Origin: Octopus vulgaris
Lineage: Eukaryota
Reading direction: 5' to 3'
Length of the DNA stretch: 64,000 bases
Assembly (NCBI GenBank): GCA_951406725.2
Contig: OX597825.1
Coordinates: 15,438,001-15,502,000 of the forward strand
Shown: piece by piece, positions 40,303 to 53,106 of the stretch
How the letters are laid out: every line of letters starts with the position of its first letter
How positions within the stretch are numbered: position 1 is the first letter of the stretch
Translations under genes and position numbers: made by a program
Notes under the pieces: generated by a model
Databases searched by the model: none
The model's input: only the letters and a program-made list of their open reading frames with translations
Told to the model about the DNA's origin: nothing

Positions 40303-41717
40303 TATACATATATATACATACATACATATCTACATACACATAATTACATACATACAAATACAGCTGTGTTTACATTTGCCAATTAATATTCCTACTGTTT
40401 CGTATAATACACATTGCGTATTGTATAACTCCATGCATTTCTACGTATATATTACTTGTCAATCTTACACCTGCTTGAATTTTTTATTATACCTTACTAT
40501 GAAAGTGTATCAATGATTAGATCAGAAATGTTCCAAGAAGTCGATGAAGATGAACAGTTGTGTGTATTTAATAATACAGTGCTATCTTTTGATGTCTACT
40601 ACATAAGAAGTGAGCTGCAATATATTCGATAATCAAATCTAGTTATAGAATCAATTATGTTTGTTGAAGCCGTCATGTCCTTACACTCCCGCCAAATATT
40701 CTCAATGATTGATTATCAGTATATATAAATGTAGATCATTTGCTCGAATCCAATCAGTGTAATCAGCTGTCAGTATTCAACCAATACTCATTTCTCAGAA
40801 TACATAAAGCAATTAATATATTCATCTCCAGACAAATGACGGATTACTTTTTTCGGTTTCAACAAACTCTGTCGCCAGTTAAATCATTTATTTGCAATTC
40901 AATTTTACTTGTCTATCAAACTGCATTTTTATTTCCGTTCTTAATTTCCCCTTTACTTTTGTTTTCAAATCGGTTTTTTTACTGGCTTCCGTTTACGAAA
41001 ATCTATCCATAGCATTGCTTGATGTCGAAAGCTATAACACAGTACTGGGTTACTCGAATGTATTTGGGATTTGTCTTGTCGAGTTTCGTAACCCGACCCT
41101 CCTGATATGTTCAACTAAATTCTTTATTGTAACCCAGACATTACCAGCAGACATTAAATATACTTTTGACTTGTTGGTGATATTGTTGACGTTGCATTGT
41201 ATCCCGTAATCAATTATGCCTCATACAAATTACGATGAAAAAGTCATCGGCGATACTTACCTAATGTATTCTCAGATACGTCCTTGTAGGACTGTGGTGG
41301 TTTCAATACAAACTAAACTCTTGGTGAATGGACTCTTAAATTCATTGGACAATCATCAGACGTCATGCGATCGAAACTATTTAGTAGAATGTTGCACAAT
41401 TTACTACTGTAAATTAGAAGGGATTTTTTTGTTATACACAGCATGAGTAACCGCTGGCGAAAAGTGAGTTGCATGAGACCAGGCTCATTATTTGATGAAT
41501 AGCAGAACTAAAAATAGTTCAAGGTAACTTTTCGTTCAGTGTGCCACTGAGAGTGTTCCGCGGGTCATGGTATGACTACGACTGGTTTATAACTTTTAAA
41601 GGAACACATATGTATCTTTCTCGAGACAACATTTACATCTGCCTGTGTCAACATTCTGTTAGGATTTGTTTTTAAAGCAAATATAGATAAACAAAAACAT
41701 AATATAGCCTCACCACA

Positions 41718-41935
41718 GGGGCGGTGAGCTGGTAGAGTAGTTACGCGGTGGAAAAAAATGCTTAGTGACATCTCTTCTGACTTCACCTTCCTTAGTTAAA
41801 ATGCCGCATATCTTAACTTTACCTTTCGCCTTTTCGGGGTCAACAAAATAAGTACCAATTGTGCGCTGGGTTTGATATAATCGACTTACATTCACTGTTA
41901 AAGCCGCTGGCCTTGTGCAAAAATTTGAAACCAAT
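41718..41935 (+). mobile_element. Degenerate family-B SINE
   Basis: GGGCGGTGAGCTGGTAGA head; TTCGGGGTCAACAAAATAAGTACC body. Confidence 0.75.
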
Positions 41936-42633
41936 ATTACCTCAACACGCTACATATATTGCTAACGATCCAATGAAGCGTCCGATATGTTGTCTCTCGA
42001 CTTGCGAAAAGTAGCAGCCTACTGAACTTTCGCGTTGATGCTTATTATCTTAAAAAAAGAAAAGAAGTACAATAGATAACTGAACCCTAAAACGCAGGAT
42101 AGACTTGGCCAAAATTTGATTGAACATTGTTCTGTTTAATCTAGAGGTGCCAGAAATTAGCAACTAGCTAACAGCGTACAGGAATTCCATTATCATATAA
42201 ACTTGGCTATTCCATCCTTCGTAGTGCTGGGTATTACACCTCATTAAACACACACGCGCGCGCGCGCTCACACACGCACACACACACACACACACAGACG
42301 GATATCGGGCATTCATCTTTGTGTCCCAGGCTCGTCATTGTGTGCTGCGAGAGATATGTGGGTGACAATACGTGGTATTCCCTGTTTTACAAGAAAGGAC
42401 CATCATCTGATCAGAAAGGAAGGATACATTTGCTGGGGAAACAGTATGCTCACGATGATAAAGTTGATGACGATGTCAGATGATGATAGCGTTGGTGCTT
42501 GTTATACTGGTTGTGAGGAGATGATAATGAGGATGATATATATAATGATAACGATGACGACGACGACGATAATGATGATGACGATGATGACGAAGACAAT
42601 AATGATTTGTTGCGAAGTATGTATTGTTATTTT

Positions 42634-42839
42634 TTACATTATTTACATTATTTACATTCAACGGATATTTGTCCTCATCTTGTTTATTGTTAACACAACG
42701 TTTCGGGCATATGGCGTAGCGGTTAAGAGCGCGGGCTACTAACCCGAAGATTCTGGGTTCGATTCCAAGCAGTGACCAGAACAACAACAACAACAACAGC
42801 ATCATCAACAACAACATCATCAACATCAACAAGAACAAC

Positions 42840-42876
<37 letters not shown>

Positions 42877-42882
42877 GTAATG

Positions 42883-42942
<60 letters not shown>

Positions 42943-43113
42943 TCGAAAAATACCTTAGGAATGAGAACCCAGGTTCGAAATTTCCCCAAGACACCTGATG
43001 AAGCTGAAACCTTGTGTTGCTAACAAACAAGATGAGGACAAATATCTGTCAAATGTAAATAATGTAAACAATGTAAACAATGCACATAATTCCTCTTCTC
43101 TGAAATATAGAAC
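42634..43113 (+). mobile_element. tRNA-HHR SINE copy 3 with inverted 5' arm and perfect 16-bp TSD
   Basis: Inverted tail fragment 42634-42706; tRNA head 42707-42778; (AAC/AAT)n; HHR 42990-43018 with stem II deleted; ends AAATATAGAAC; TSD TATGTATTGTTATTTT at 42618-42633 and 43114-43129. Confidence 0.9.
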
Positions 43114-43611
43114 TATGTATTGTTATTTTGCCATACTCGTGTAGATATTAAATTCAATCGCATCCAAGATAATGTTCCGTGTATGCTTGATAGGTTGTCA
43201 GTCGTTTTGAATAACGATGGAGGTAAGATGTTTTTATTGAATACATCTCATTCTGAAGGCTTTACTCAACCACTTCACACTTACTAGAGAGTCGATACAT
43301 TTTACAGTGAACGATCATGCAGTTGTTTTAATATATATTGTTTTTTTTTTTTCAGTGTAAAGAGGTGATGGATGATTTTATAATAATAGTTCTGCAACTA
43401 TATAGAATTCTTATGTCCTTTAAGTGAGCGTTGTCATGGTGACATTTCTGTTTAGAGAATGATATAAATCCTTAAACTATATTGTATGTTGAAATGGGTA
43501 TTTATTGGGTAACACAAAAGTCACCGGGGTATTTAGAAAGGTTATGATATGTCAAATATTTCCTACTTTTAATTCATTTTTGTTTTTCTTTGAAATTAGT
43601 TTAACATGTGG

Positions 43612-44018
43612 GATTTACTCTTTTACTCTTTTACTTGTTTCAGTCATTTGACTGCGACCATGCTGGAGCACCGCCCTTACTCGAGCAAATCGACCCTAGG
43701 ACTTATTCATTGTAAGACTAGTACTTATTCTATCGGTCAATTTTGCCGAACCGCTAAGTTACGGGACGCAAACACACCAGCATCGGCTGTCAAGCGATGT
43801 TGGGGCGACAAACCCAGACACACAAACACACACACAGATATATATATATATATATATATACATATATACGATGGGATTCTTTTCGTTTCCGTCTACCAAA
43901 TCCACTCACAAGGCTTTGGTCGGCCTGAGGCTATAGTAGAAGACACTTGCCGAAGGTGGCACGCAGTGCGAATGAACCCGGAACCATGTGGTTGGTAAGT
44001 ACACAGCCACTCCTGTGC
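43612..44018 (-). mobile_element. Family-C SINE
   Basis: Reverse complement of the 10324-10736 type. Confidence 0.88.
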
Positions 44019-44411
44019 ACACATGGATAAATTTATTATAAATGAAAACAGAAACAAAATTATCGAGTATAATTTTGGATTTAACCGATCCATTATTCAC
44101 TCCCTAGACTCTTCAATGTCAGGAAACGACCATCATATTACATGGCCTAGGGACTTGCCACGATGTGGAAGAGCTCGTCCACACCGTTCAAAGATGAATC
44201 ATCAATACATGTGAGACTCTGTTAAGGAAATACGAGGAACATCGACTCGAATATTCTCGAATGACATTGAGCTTTCTAAAAGATGGTTTGTACCTATACC
44301 CATGCAAAGTCCAGTTGGTACAGAAATTACAAACGACAGATTATTGACAAACAGGTAGATAACTCGATTCAACTGCAGACCCTGGATAATAATGATAATG
44401 TATTTGTTCAT

Positions 44412-44657
44412 AACTCTTTACTCTCTTTTACTTATTTCAGTCATTTGACTGTGGCCATGCTGGAGCACCGCCTTTAGTCGAGCAAATCGACTCCAGGACT
44501 TATTCTTTGTAAGCCTGGTACTCATTCTATCGGTTTTTTTTTCTTTTGCCCGAGTCATTAGTAAAAGACACTTGCCCAAGGTACCACGAAGTGGGACTGA
44601 ACCCAGAACCATGTGGTTCGTAAGCAAGCTACTTACCACACAGCCACTCCTGCGCCT
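44412..44657 (-). mobile_element. Internally deleted family-C SINE
   Basis: Head joined directly to the 3' module near 44555. Confidence 0.85.
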
Positions 44658-45997
44658 ATAAGCTGATAAGGATGGGCGACGATTATTTCTATTTGAATTT
44701 TTTTAATGAGCTGAACTGGGATTTGATAATCCAAGGAATATCCATGAATGCGAGTTGTATCCACTCAAATGCACAGTCAAGTGTGGTCTAACTTCCTGAA
44801 AGATTATTGAACCGTACATTTTAAAGATTAAAATGGCAATATAATGACAGCAATTAGCGAACGGTATCGGGTAATATTCGAGACTGTTTTGCAGCTTAGC
44901 AGAACAAATATGAGATGTAGTTTCAACTATATTGTACCATGACTCACACTGCTTGGAAAACGAATGGGCTTCAGGGTAAATTATTGGTCATCAATTATCT
45001 CTGCGAAATTGTGAAAGTCTATGGCCACCACGCTTTTCTGATCTGCCCTTTCCTGGTTTCCGTTTTGCGGGGGAGGGATAATTTGAGGAACATGTACACA
45101 TCAATAAATCTCTCGACACACCAACAGCTTAAGTTTAGTATTTGTGAGGAATTTATTTGAGGTCTACAGTTAACGATGTTAACAAGTGTTATAGAAAATT
45201 CTATCGGAAGTTTGCGCTTTTGTGAAATCGAAAAGAAAGGACACTGTAAAATTATTCATAATTAAAAGAGAATATAAATTTCCAGGGTTTGAAATTTTAT
45301 TCCGTAGAAAAATTTGAATAATAAAAAATTATTCAAATTATAATATTTTAAAATCTCCAGGTGATTTCCAAAACACTTTGTCTTTGCTTATTATATTTTC
45401 CCCCACTTTACATATATATATATATATATACTTATATCTGCGTGTGTCTGAGTCTCTGTGTGTGTGTGTGTGCGTACGCGTGCTTATTTATGATTTTAAA
45501 TATATGCATATCTTTTTGTCCCTATCTCTCCCCTACCTCTCGCCCCTCCCCTTCTCTCTCACTATCTCTCTCTATTTATCTATCTATCTAGTTAGCTAGC
45601 TAGCTATATATCTATCTTCTATCAATTAAGTTCTTTTCAGCTTTCAGGACAGTGACAAAGTAACAGTGCTTTTATGTTTCACTCCAGATCAACTTGCATC
45701 TTCAAACACCTTCCTAGATCACGCTCACTTCCTATATTCGATAATGTGAGTGTTGTAACTTTTCAGTTTCTCAACACAGTCGACAAGTGTTTCACTGGTG
45801 TGTTGAAGGGTGTCACAGAAAAACGGTATGGTTCTGAAGACAAATTATTCTATTCAAGGTCGACTGGGATTCAACAACTTTTAATTCCTCCCCACATTAT
45901 GTGGACTGCTTCAATAGGAAGAGTAGGAACCACAAGACCGATGTTTCACATAATTTAAATCCATCGTATCAGTCATGCCGAAACCCCTATGCTACGC

Positions 45998-46059
<62 letters not shown>

Positions 46060-46094
46060 TGATGATGATGATGATAATAATAATAGTAATAATG

Positions 46095-46540
46095 TCTCCA
46101 TATACAGTCTTCTTGCGCCTACAGAACATCTCAACATGCATGATAGAGCAGCACAATATATCCACTGGGTAATTTACAAAAACTTGGACTTGCCCCATGA
46201 TAATAACTGGTGGAAACACAAACAACCTCCAGCGCTTGAAAATGATCAAATCTCACTCCACTGGAACTTCACCATTCAAACTGACAGAAACATAGATGCG
46301 AATAGGCCAAACACTATATTGAAAACCTCAGACAAAAAGCATGCCAACTCAATGATAATAATGTCCCAATCGACATAAATGTATTAGTCAAGACCTAGCA
46401 AAAACTGAGCAAGTATAAAGATCTTGAAATAGAAATTGGCAAAATGTAGAACCTCAAGATTAAAGAATACTTGTTGTCATAGGTGCCCTTGGAATGATAG
46501 TAAAAGGGGCTGATCCTTAGCTAGCTCAGATACCAGGAAG
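46095..46540 (+). pseudogene. R4/Dong-like non-LTR retrotransposon fragment (restriction-like endonuclease region)
   Basis: LAPTEHLNMHDRAAQYIHW, WWKHK.PPALEND...WNFTIQTDRNIDANRPN, KLSKYKDLEIEI, VVIGALG; preceded by (AAT)n. Confidence 0.8.
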
Positions 46541-46706
46541 TAGTGGGAGAGCATCAAGTCCTTCATGCAATACCAAGCAATGACTCTCTTGGCTTCTGAT
46601 CTTAACTGATTGGGAGTATTATTATGCATATTGTTTTGTCTTGCTATAAAAGATGGGCTACAGCAAATATTCTCCTCAATGCCACAGATATGCTTGTCAG
46701 TTGTTT

Positions 46707-47140
46707 GATCATAACGATTTGAGCGCGTTCTTTCGTGTCTGATGATATGTGCATCTCTCGTCACGAGCGGAATGAGTGGCGGAGCATCATAGACATCTGT
46801 TGAGAGGAAGTATTGGAGTTTGAATAATTCGCCTGTGGAAACATAGGTGTTTCGTTCAACATCTTTAAACGACCCTTATTCAAGAACCATTTCAACGCGA
46901 TGGGCTACTCGACCAGAAGAAAATTCTAACTGGGCTCCTCTTGCAAGGTCATGCGCTGTTTATCTTCATATGAGGTCATTTTGTCGCGCACATATGGTTG
47001 TGCCTGGTGTATCCATGTGTCTGGTGCATCCATATCAAACGGGTAGTCTTGATGGGTATAATACTGGGCTTCATATATTTTACCCTAGTGTCACTTTGAT
47101 GTCATGCACTGCTCTGTCACTCAATAAAATTAATAATAAA
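46707..47140 (+). mobile_element. Family-E retroposon copy
   Basis: Matches 1148-1467; ends CACTCAATAAAATTAATAATAA. Confidence 0.75.
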
Positions 47141-47578
47141 CTGCCAAAACGCATGGAAGACTTAAATGATCTCAGTGTTGTTATCTCCTAAAATTTATGC
47201 AACGAAGTTTCCAGTCCCTTGCCTTACAGTTTGAGCTAAAGTATCAACTTTGACATCAACAATTACTACAAAAACCGAGCCAGCAGCTGCAATAATAATA
47301 TCAACAATGAAATTATACAATAACATCAATTCAAATAAATAATAAAAAAAGAATATTCATGAAATAAATTAGAAGAGGATGATGGGGAGGAGGAAGAAGA
47401 GCAGAAGGAGGATGATCATCACTATGATGATCGTAATCATCATCTCTTCTTAACCTCATACGTATATATATGTATATATATATGTGCGTGTGATATATAT
47501 ATATGTATGTATATATACATATATATATATGTATATATATATATGTATGTATGCATATGTATGCATATATATATATAA

Positions 47579-47629
<51 letters not shown>

Positions 47630-48092
47630 CACATGTACATCCATTCATACGTACATACATGCATACATACAAAAGATTAATGATTTCTAAGATGATTTCT
47701 TCTGGCGCCATTCATTTATGTGTAAATCAATTATGTTGCAGAATGACATACAAACACACACACTCACACACACACCCATGCACACGCACAGACATACATG
47801 AGGGTATTCATGTATATGTTTATTATACAGACACACACAGTCATTTACAAATACTCTCGCATGCCGAATATAGGGGGTATCTATGTATATGATTATTATA
47901 TACACACACACACACATTTATATGCATCGATATTTATGTATGTAAAAGTGAATGTGACTGCATGTGGGGGGAGGTACACATACACACGGATATATACAGT
48001 GATAGATATGGAGAGCGAAAGAGAGAAGCAATGAAGAGAAACCTTCGCATATTTGGAAAAATTACATAAATATGTGTCTACATGTATGTATG

Positions 48093-48188
<96 letters not shown>

Positions 48189-48795
48189 TACAGTCACGTA
48201 TACATACATATTCATACACGAACATATCCAGCGTGCCCATGCAGAAAGAGAGAGAGAGTGGAGAGTGGGTGTGAAATATAGACAGGCTGTATATGTACGT
48301 ATATAAATATTAAAATATTTGCTTGCCTGTTTCTCATTGAAACTGAACTGTGTCTGGATCACAAACAATGCAGTTTCTACCATTGTGATATTTTGCTGTA
48401 TAATCAGATAAACAATAATTTGTATAAAATTCCATCAACAGAACGACTGCAGTCCCGCAGACACCAAAGTGAAACAAAGAACTCCCATCGACACCAAATC
48501 AAAGAATTTACTACTTGGCCTCTTCTTCTTACGTCTCAATTGATGAATTATTAAAGCACAAACCATACTTTCCTACCGTTGTTAATGAGTGCCTTAAGAT
48601 CTAATTATCCCCTCAACTGACCAAGAATATAAATGTTGCTGTTCAAAGGAATTGTTGAGAATTCTTCAATATTTAGCACTCGTGACATTAAATGTATGTT
48701 TGTTTCCTTAGTTTTCGTAGACACATTTCCATATACGTGCTTTCGCTTTGCTTTCTTCTTTTCTGCCTTATCTTCTCTTTCTTCCTCGCCACCAA

Positions 48796-48797
<2 letters not shown>

Positions 48798-48841
<44 letters not shown>

Positions 48842-48905
48842 GTGTGTATGTATGTACATATGCATATATATGTATGTATATTCACACTACAACCTATATA
48901 CATAT

Positions 48906-48950
<45 letters not shown>

Positions 48951-48963
48951 ATATATATATATG

Positions 48964-49042
<79 letters not shown>

Positions 49043-49056
49043 TTATATATATATGT

Positions 49057-49108
<52 letters not shown>
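48798..49108. repeat. (TA)n microsatellite cluster
   Basis: Direct. Confidence 0.95.
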
Positions 49109-49109
<1 letters not shown>

Positions 49110-50012
49110 CTGTTGTCACTTTTGTTGTTTTGTTGTTTTGTTGTTTTAGTGCTGTTTTGCTTTTTGTAATTATCTCTTCAATACTGAAGAGGTTTGGAAA
49201 CTGACCTGAACTCTATGAAGCAGTACAATTGTGTTTGTAATTCTGCAATCATATTTGTTACTGCAGGCGCCAACAAAGTTGGGTAAATTCAACATTAAAG
49301 TGCTCATTGGGAATGGCTGCAACCTCGCTGATTCTGTGGGCCAGTGCTTGATCACTCTGTCTGGTCAATTATCCTTCACTTAATTCCATTATCTCCACAG
49401 GCATCATTATTTCTGTGCAGTCTAATATACATATCTCTGTAAGAGAATGTAGATGAATCAGTGTCATTTGACGCCAACAATAATACTTGCTGTAGATTAT
49501 TTTTGATTTTCATGCCGACTCCATCATTTCTTGTGATTCACTGAACACAAAGCCATGGTAGTGCTAATTGTTGAAATAATAGCCCGGCGGTTGGGATGTT
49601 GAAGGTGTGAACAGTGTTATAAAACGAAGATTCAAGGAAATATGAACAGTAACTTTGACTACGCATTACTATCTCGAAGTCGTTTTCTTAAAAGTCATTA
49701 TGAATCGAAAGATATAGTAAAGTCTATCAATGTAGTGAAGAATATATTTATTCCTTTTAATAGAAACTTGCGTTTGAACTATGTGGTGTAGCAGATTTTC
49801 ATAAATCTTCCATGAATGGTAAAGGGTGCCGTTGGATTTTGCAACTTTTGAAAACTAAGATTAGCTTATTGGCATCTAAAATAGACTTTTACCTAATGAG
49901 AACATAGTGAGTTTTTTTGTCTTCGTTACAGACTAAGGTGTAAAAGTATGTATATCTAAATATTATATATATAAATATATATATATATACATACCTATGT
50001 ATATATACATAC

Positions 50013-50115
<103 letters not shown>

Positions 50116-52101
50116 TATATACATATCTTCTCCCCGGGCTATCCCATTCTTCTCCCTTTCCTCTTCTCTGAATTTGCTTCCAGCATCTGACGAAGGGCCG
50201 TTCTAGAAACGTTTTATTTTCACACTTATTCTTCGATGAAAAAATTTCAACGAACTTCGATCTAATATAATTAATGTGTAAATCCAACTCACTCGTTCTG
50301 TTTTTCCTGGGTTTTTTTCTTTTTGTTCATGAATTTTCAGGACTAATGATAGGATAATTCATTACAGGCATTACAACAGTTTCCTCATCAGTAATAATTA
50401 TTTACCAGGATCACATAGTCAGAGCTAGTCAGATGTAGGTATGTTGTAATTGTTCTTCTGGTTAATTGTCTTTGTTAGATACACATCCTTCAGTGATTTT
50501 GCTACGATGCTAATATAATATCTACACTACAGTCTGTCGTTCGTAGTCTTTATTGCGACTATTAATGTTAGTGTTGGATTAATATTCTATTGAAACGATA
50601 GTATTTATTATTTAGAACTTAATATGTTTGTTTATAGAATAAATTTCAATTTCTACTTTGTTCATACGATATTTAAACATTACAAAATATAAATTGAACA
50701 CAAATTTTATTACTCTATGAAGTTGGTTGGCTACGTGTGAGAAATATATTATTTATTCGTTCAGTTCTATAATTTGAATTGCAAATCTAGAGATGTCTTC
50801 CATTTTTGTTTTTGTTTCTGTTATTTTTTCATCTATTTAGAGTTTTAGATCGATGTGTACAGACTTAGAGGAGTAAGTTACCTATTAAAAAGTTACCGCT
50901 CTGAGCCTGATCTTATACTTGGTTATATTTTTATGTTAATTGTATATTTATGAAATTGATGGGGGAAAAAACCTAGATAAATATGAAACATTAAGACTTA
51001 TACATATTTACATTTGCTTTGGGAGTATATTCTACAACTGATAAAAAGAAATATCACAAGTCTAACAGCTTAAGGCAATTGAAGTTTTTCTTAGGAAGTT
51101 CAATTTTTATTGCAATATTAATATGAAAATGTTCCTGTTATATGTGATAACTACACAACATTATGTGTTCCTAAGTCTCTAGAGGCTGTACTTTTCAGGA
51201 TATCATCGAATGGAATCTTTTTCAATAAGATTTACTGCAAAACAAATGAATTCTAAAGGCGTTTGCTTTTTTTTTGTCATCATTGAATTAGGATGTTAAG
51301 AGAGAAAAACATACTGGTTCAGAATTAGTTCGTGTTTAAATTTTTCAGTGAAAACATTCTAAATAAATGATGAGCGCAGAACGAGTTGAGTCGAGATTAG
51401 ATACTTTCTAAAAAACTTAACCGTTGATTGCTTCAAATATGTACGAATTACTAACTAATTACTTCATATTTGATGCATGTAACGACGACACTCAGAGGTA
51501 ATACACAGAATCTAGGATGAGGTTTCATGACTTTATGTATGTGCGAACAAATTGTTTTAATAAATATAGTATTAAAGCTATCTTTACTTGTAGTGTATGT
51601 CAATATACACCATTGTTTTCCCTTTTTCAAAATATTTCCAAGTGAATGACGTACAGATCAGTGCGGTAAGAAACATTTGAATATTCACTTATTTTCCAGA
51701 TTTGTCAGATAAAAGTAATCTTTTATAAGATACATACTTCTAAGATGCTGATGGTGTCCGCAGCAGATGTATTTCCCTTCTGATAAGGGAACAATTATTT
51801 TTGTATGTATTTATGATAAGGATGACAGCGATGTAAACGCATCGATATTTGTAATCTTGGTATAATACGTATCTCGTGTTCAACTTTGGGTCGGACGGAA
51901 AAATATAATTAAGGGTTTTCACACGGTGCAGTTATAAACATAGTTTAATTTTGAAGAATTTTGTTTGAACTTCACTTCAAGAATTATGGACGAAGAGATT
52001 TAGGAGAATGATGTATTATAATATATATTTTCATTCATATTGATATCAGATCAGTTAGTCAACTAAACATGATTTTTTGCGGTGGTAAATTTGCTCCACA
52101 C

Positions 52102-52405
52102 GGGAGGCCAATGGTCCAGTGGTTAGGGCAGTGGGCTGGCGGTCGGAGGATCGTGGTTGCAATTTCCAGACCGGGTGTTGTGTGTGTTTATTGAGCGAAA
52201 ACACCTAAAAGCTCCACGTGACTCTGGCAGAAGATGGTGGCGACCTCTGTTGTACTCTTTCACCACAACTTTCACTCACTCTTTCTCTTCCTGTTTCTTC
52301 AGTAACGCTGCGATGGACTGGCGTCCCGTCCAGCTGGAGGAAACACGTACGCCACAGAAACCGGGAAACTGGGCCCATGAGGCTGGCTAGGCGTGAAAAG
52401 GGCGA
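52102..52405 (+). mobile_element. Family-A SINE with tail 2
   Basis: Colinear with 30705-31005. Confidence 0.85.
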
Positions 52406-52722
52406 TGTTTTTTTTTTAATCTGTTCCACATCACTTCGGATCGGACAATCCTATGAGTAAAAATGTTGCCCAACCATATACACATTTAGACACGACGTAA
52501 TCACAAATGAGGGGTGGTTTGAAGGACATTCAGTGTCTATTTCAAGTATGTTAACTGAATTTGTTAGAAGTATAATCGTCAAGAATATCAATATTGCTTA
52601 CAGAAAGAAAAGAATGAAAATTATGTAAGTAGTGTGCAGCTAAAGAAGCATGAAACTGATTTCTCAACCAGCAAGTAAAAAGAAATCTATTCTCCCTCAC
52701 AGCACATCCTAAATGCTTAAGA

Positions 52723-53106
52723 GGAGGCGCAATGGCCCAGTGGTTAGGGCAGCGGACTCGCGGTCATAGGATCGCGGTTTCGATTCCCAGACCGGGCGTT
52801 GTGAGTGTTTATTGAGAGAAAACACCTAAAGCTCCACGAGGCTCCAGCAGGTGATGGTGGTGATCCCTGCTGTACTCTTTCACCAAAACTTTCTCTCACT
52901 CTTACTTCCTGTTTCTGTTGTACCTGTATTTCAAAAGGCCGGCGTCGTCACTCTATGTGTCACGCTGAATATCCCCGAGAACTACGTTAAGAGTACACGT
53001 GTCTGTGGAGTGCTCAGCCACTTACACGTTAATTTCACGAGCAGGCTGTTCCGTTGATTCCGATCAACCGGAACTCTCGTCGTCGTAACCGACGGAGTGC
53101 TTCCAC
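52723..53106 (+). mobile_element. Family-A SINE with tail 3 and 12-bp TSD
   Basis: TSD AAATGCTTAAGA at 52711-52722 and 53107-53118; A box TGGCCCAGTGG; B box GTTTCGATTCC. Confidence 0.92.

Larger units (their letters stand above)
43522..45363 (+). mobile_element. Old Tc1/mariner DNA transposon (rosa/DD41D-like), interrupted by two SINEs
   Basis: MDKF...KIIEY from ATG 44023, ARPHRS, LYLYPCKVQLVQKL..DY, WGFDNPRNIHE..LYPLKCTV.CG, LWPPR; degenerate ~30-bp TIRs CACCGGGGTATTT and CACCTGGAGATTT. Confidence 0.7.

Noticed and set aside
40520-41590. Possible decayed hAT/Charlie-like transposon on the minus strand
   Set aside because: Only vague motif resemblance; no TIR pair or TSD could be established
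42707-42778. Possible tRNA gene (ACT anticodon loop), and similar heads of other SINEs
   Set aside because: Acceptor stem is poor, there is no T-run terminator and it is fused to a repeat body, so it is a SINE head
49190-49620. Non-repetitive, more GC-balanced segment with splice-like signals
   Set aside because: All frames after the candidate acceptor are closed and no recognisable protein motif is present
50183-50217. CTGACGA...GAAACGTT hammerhead-like motif next to (TA)n
   Set aside because: Stems I and II do not pair convincingly; at best a decayed PLE HHR
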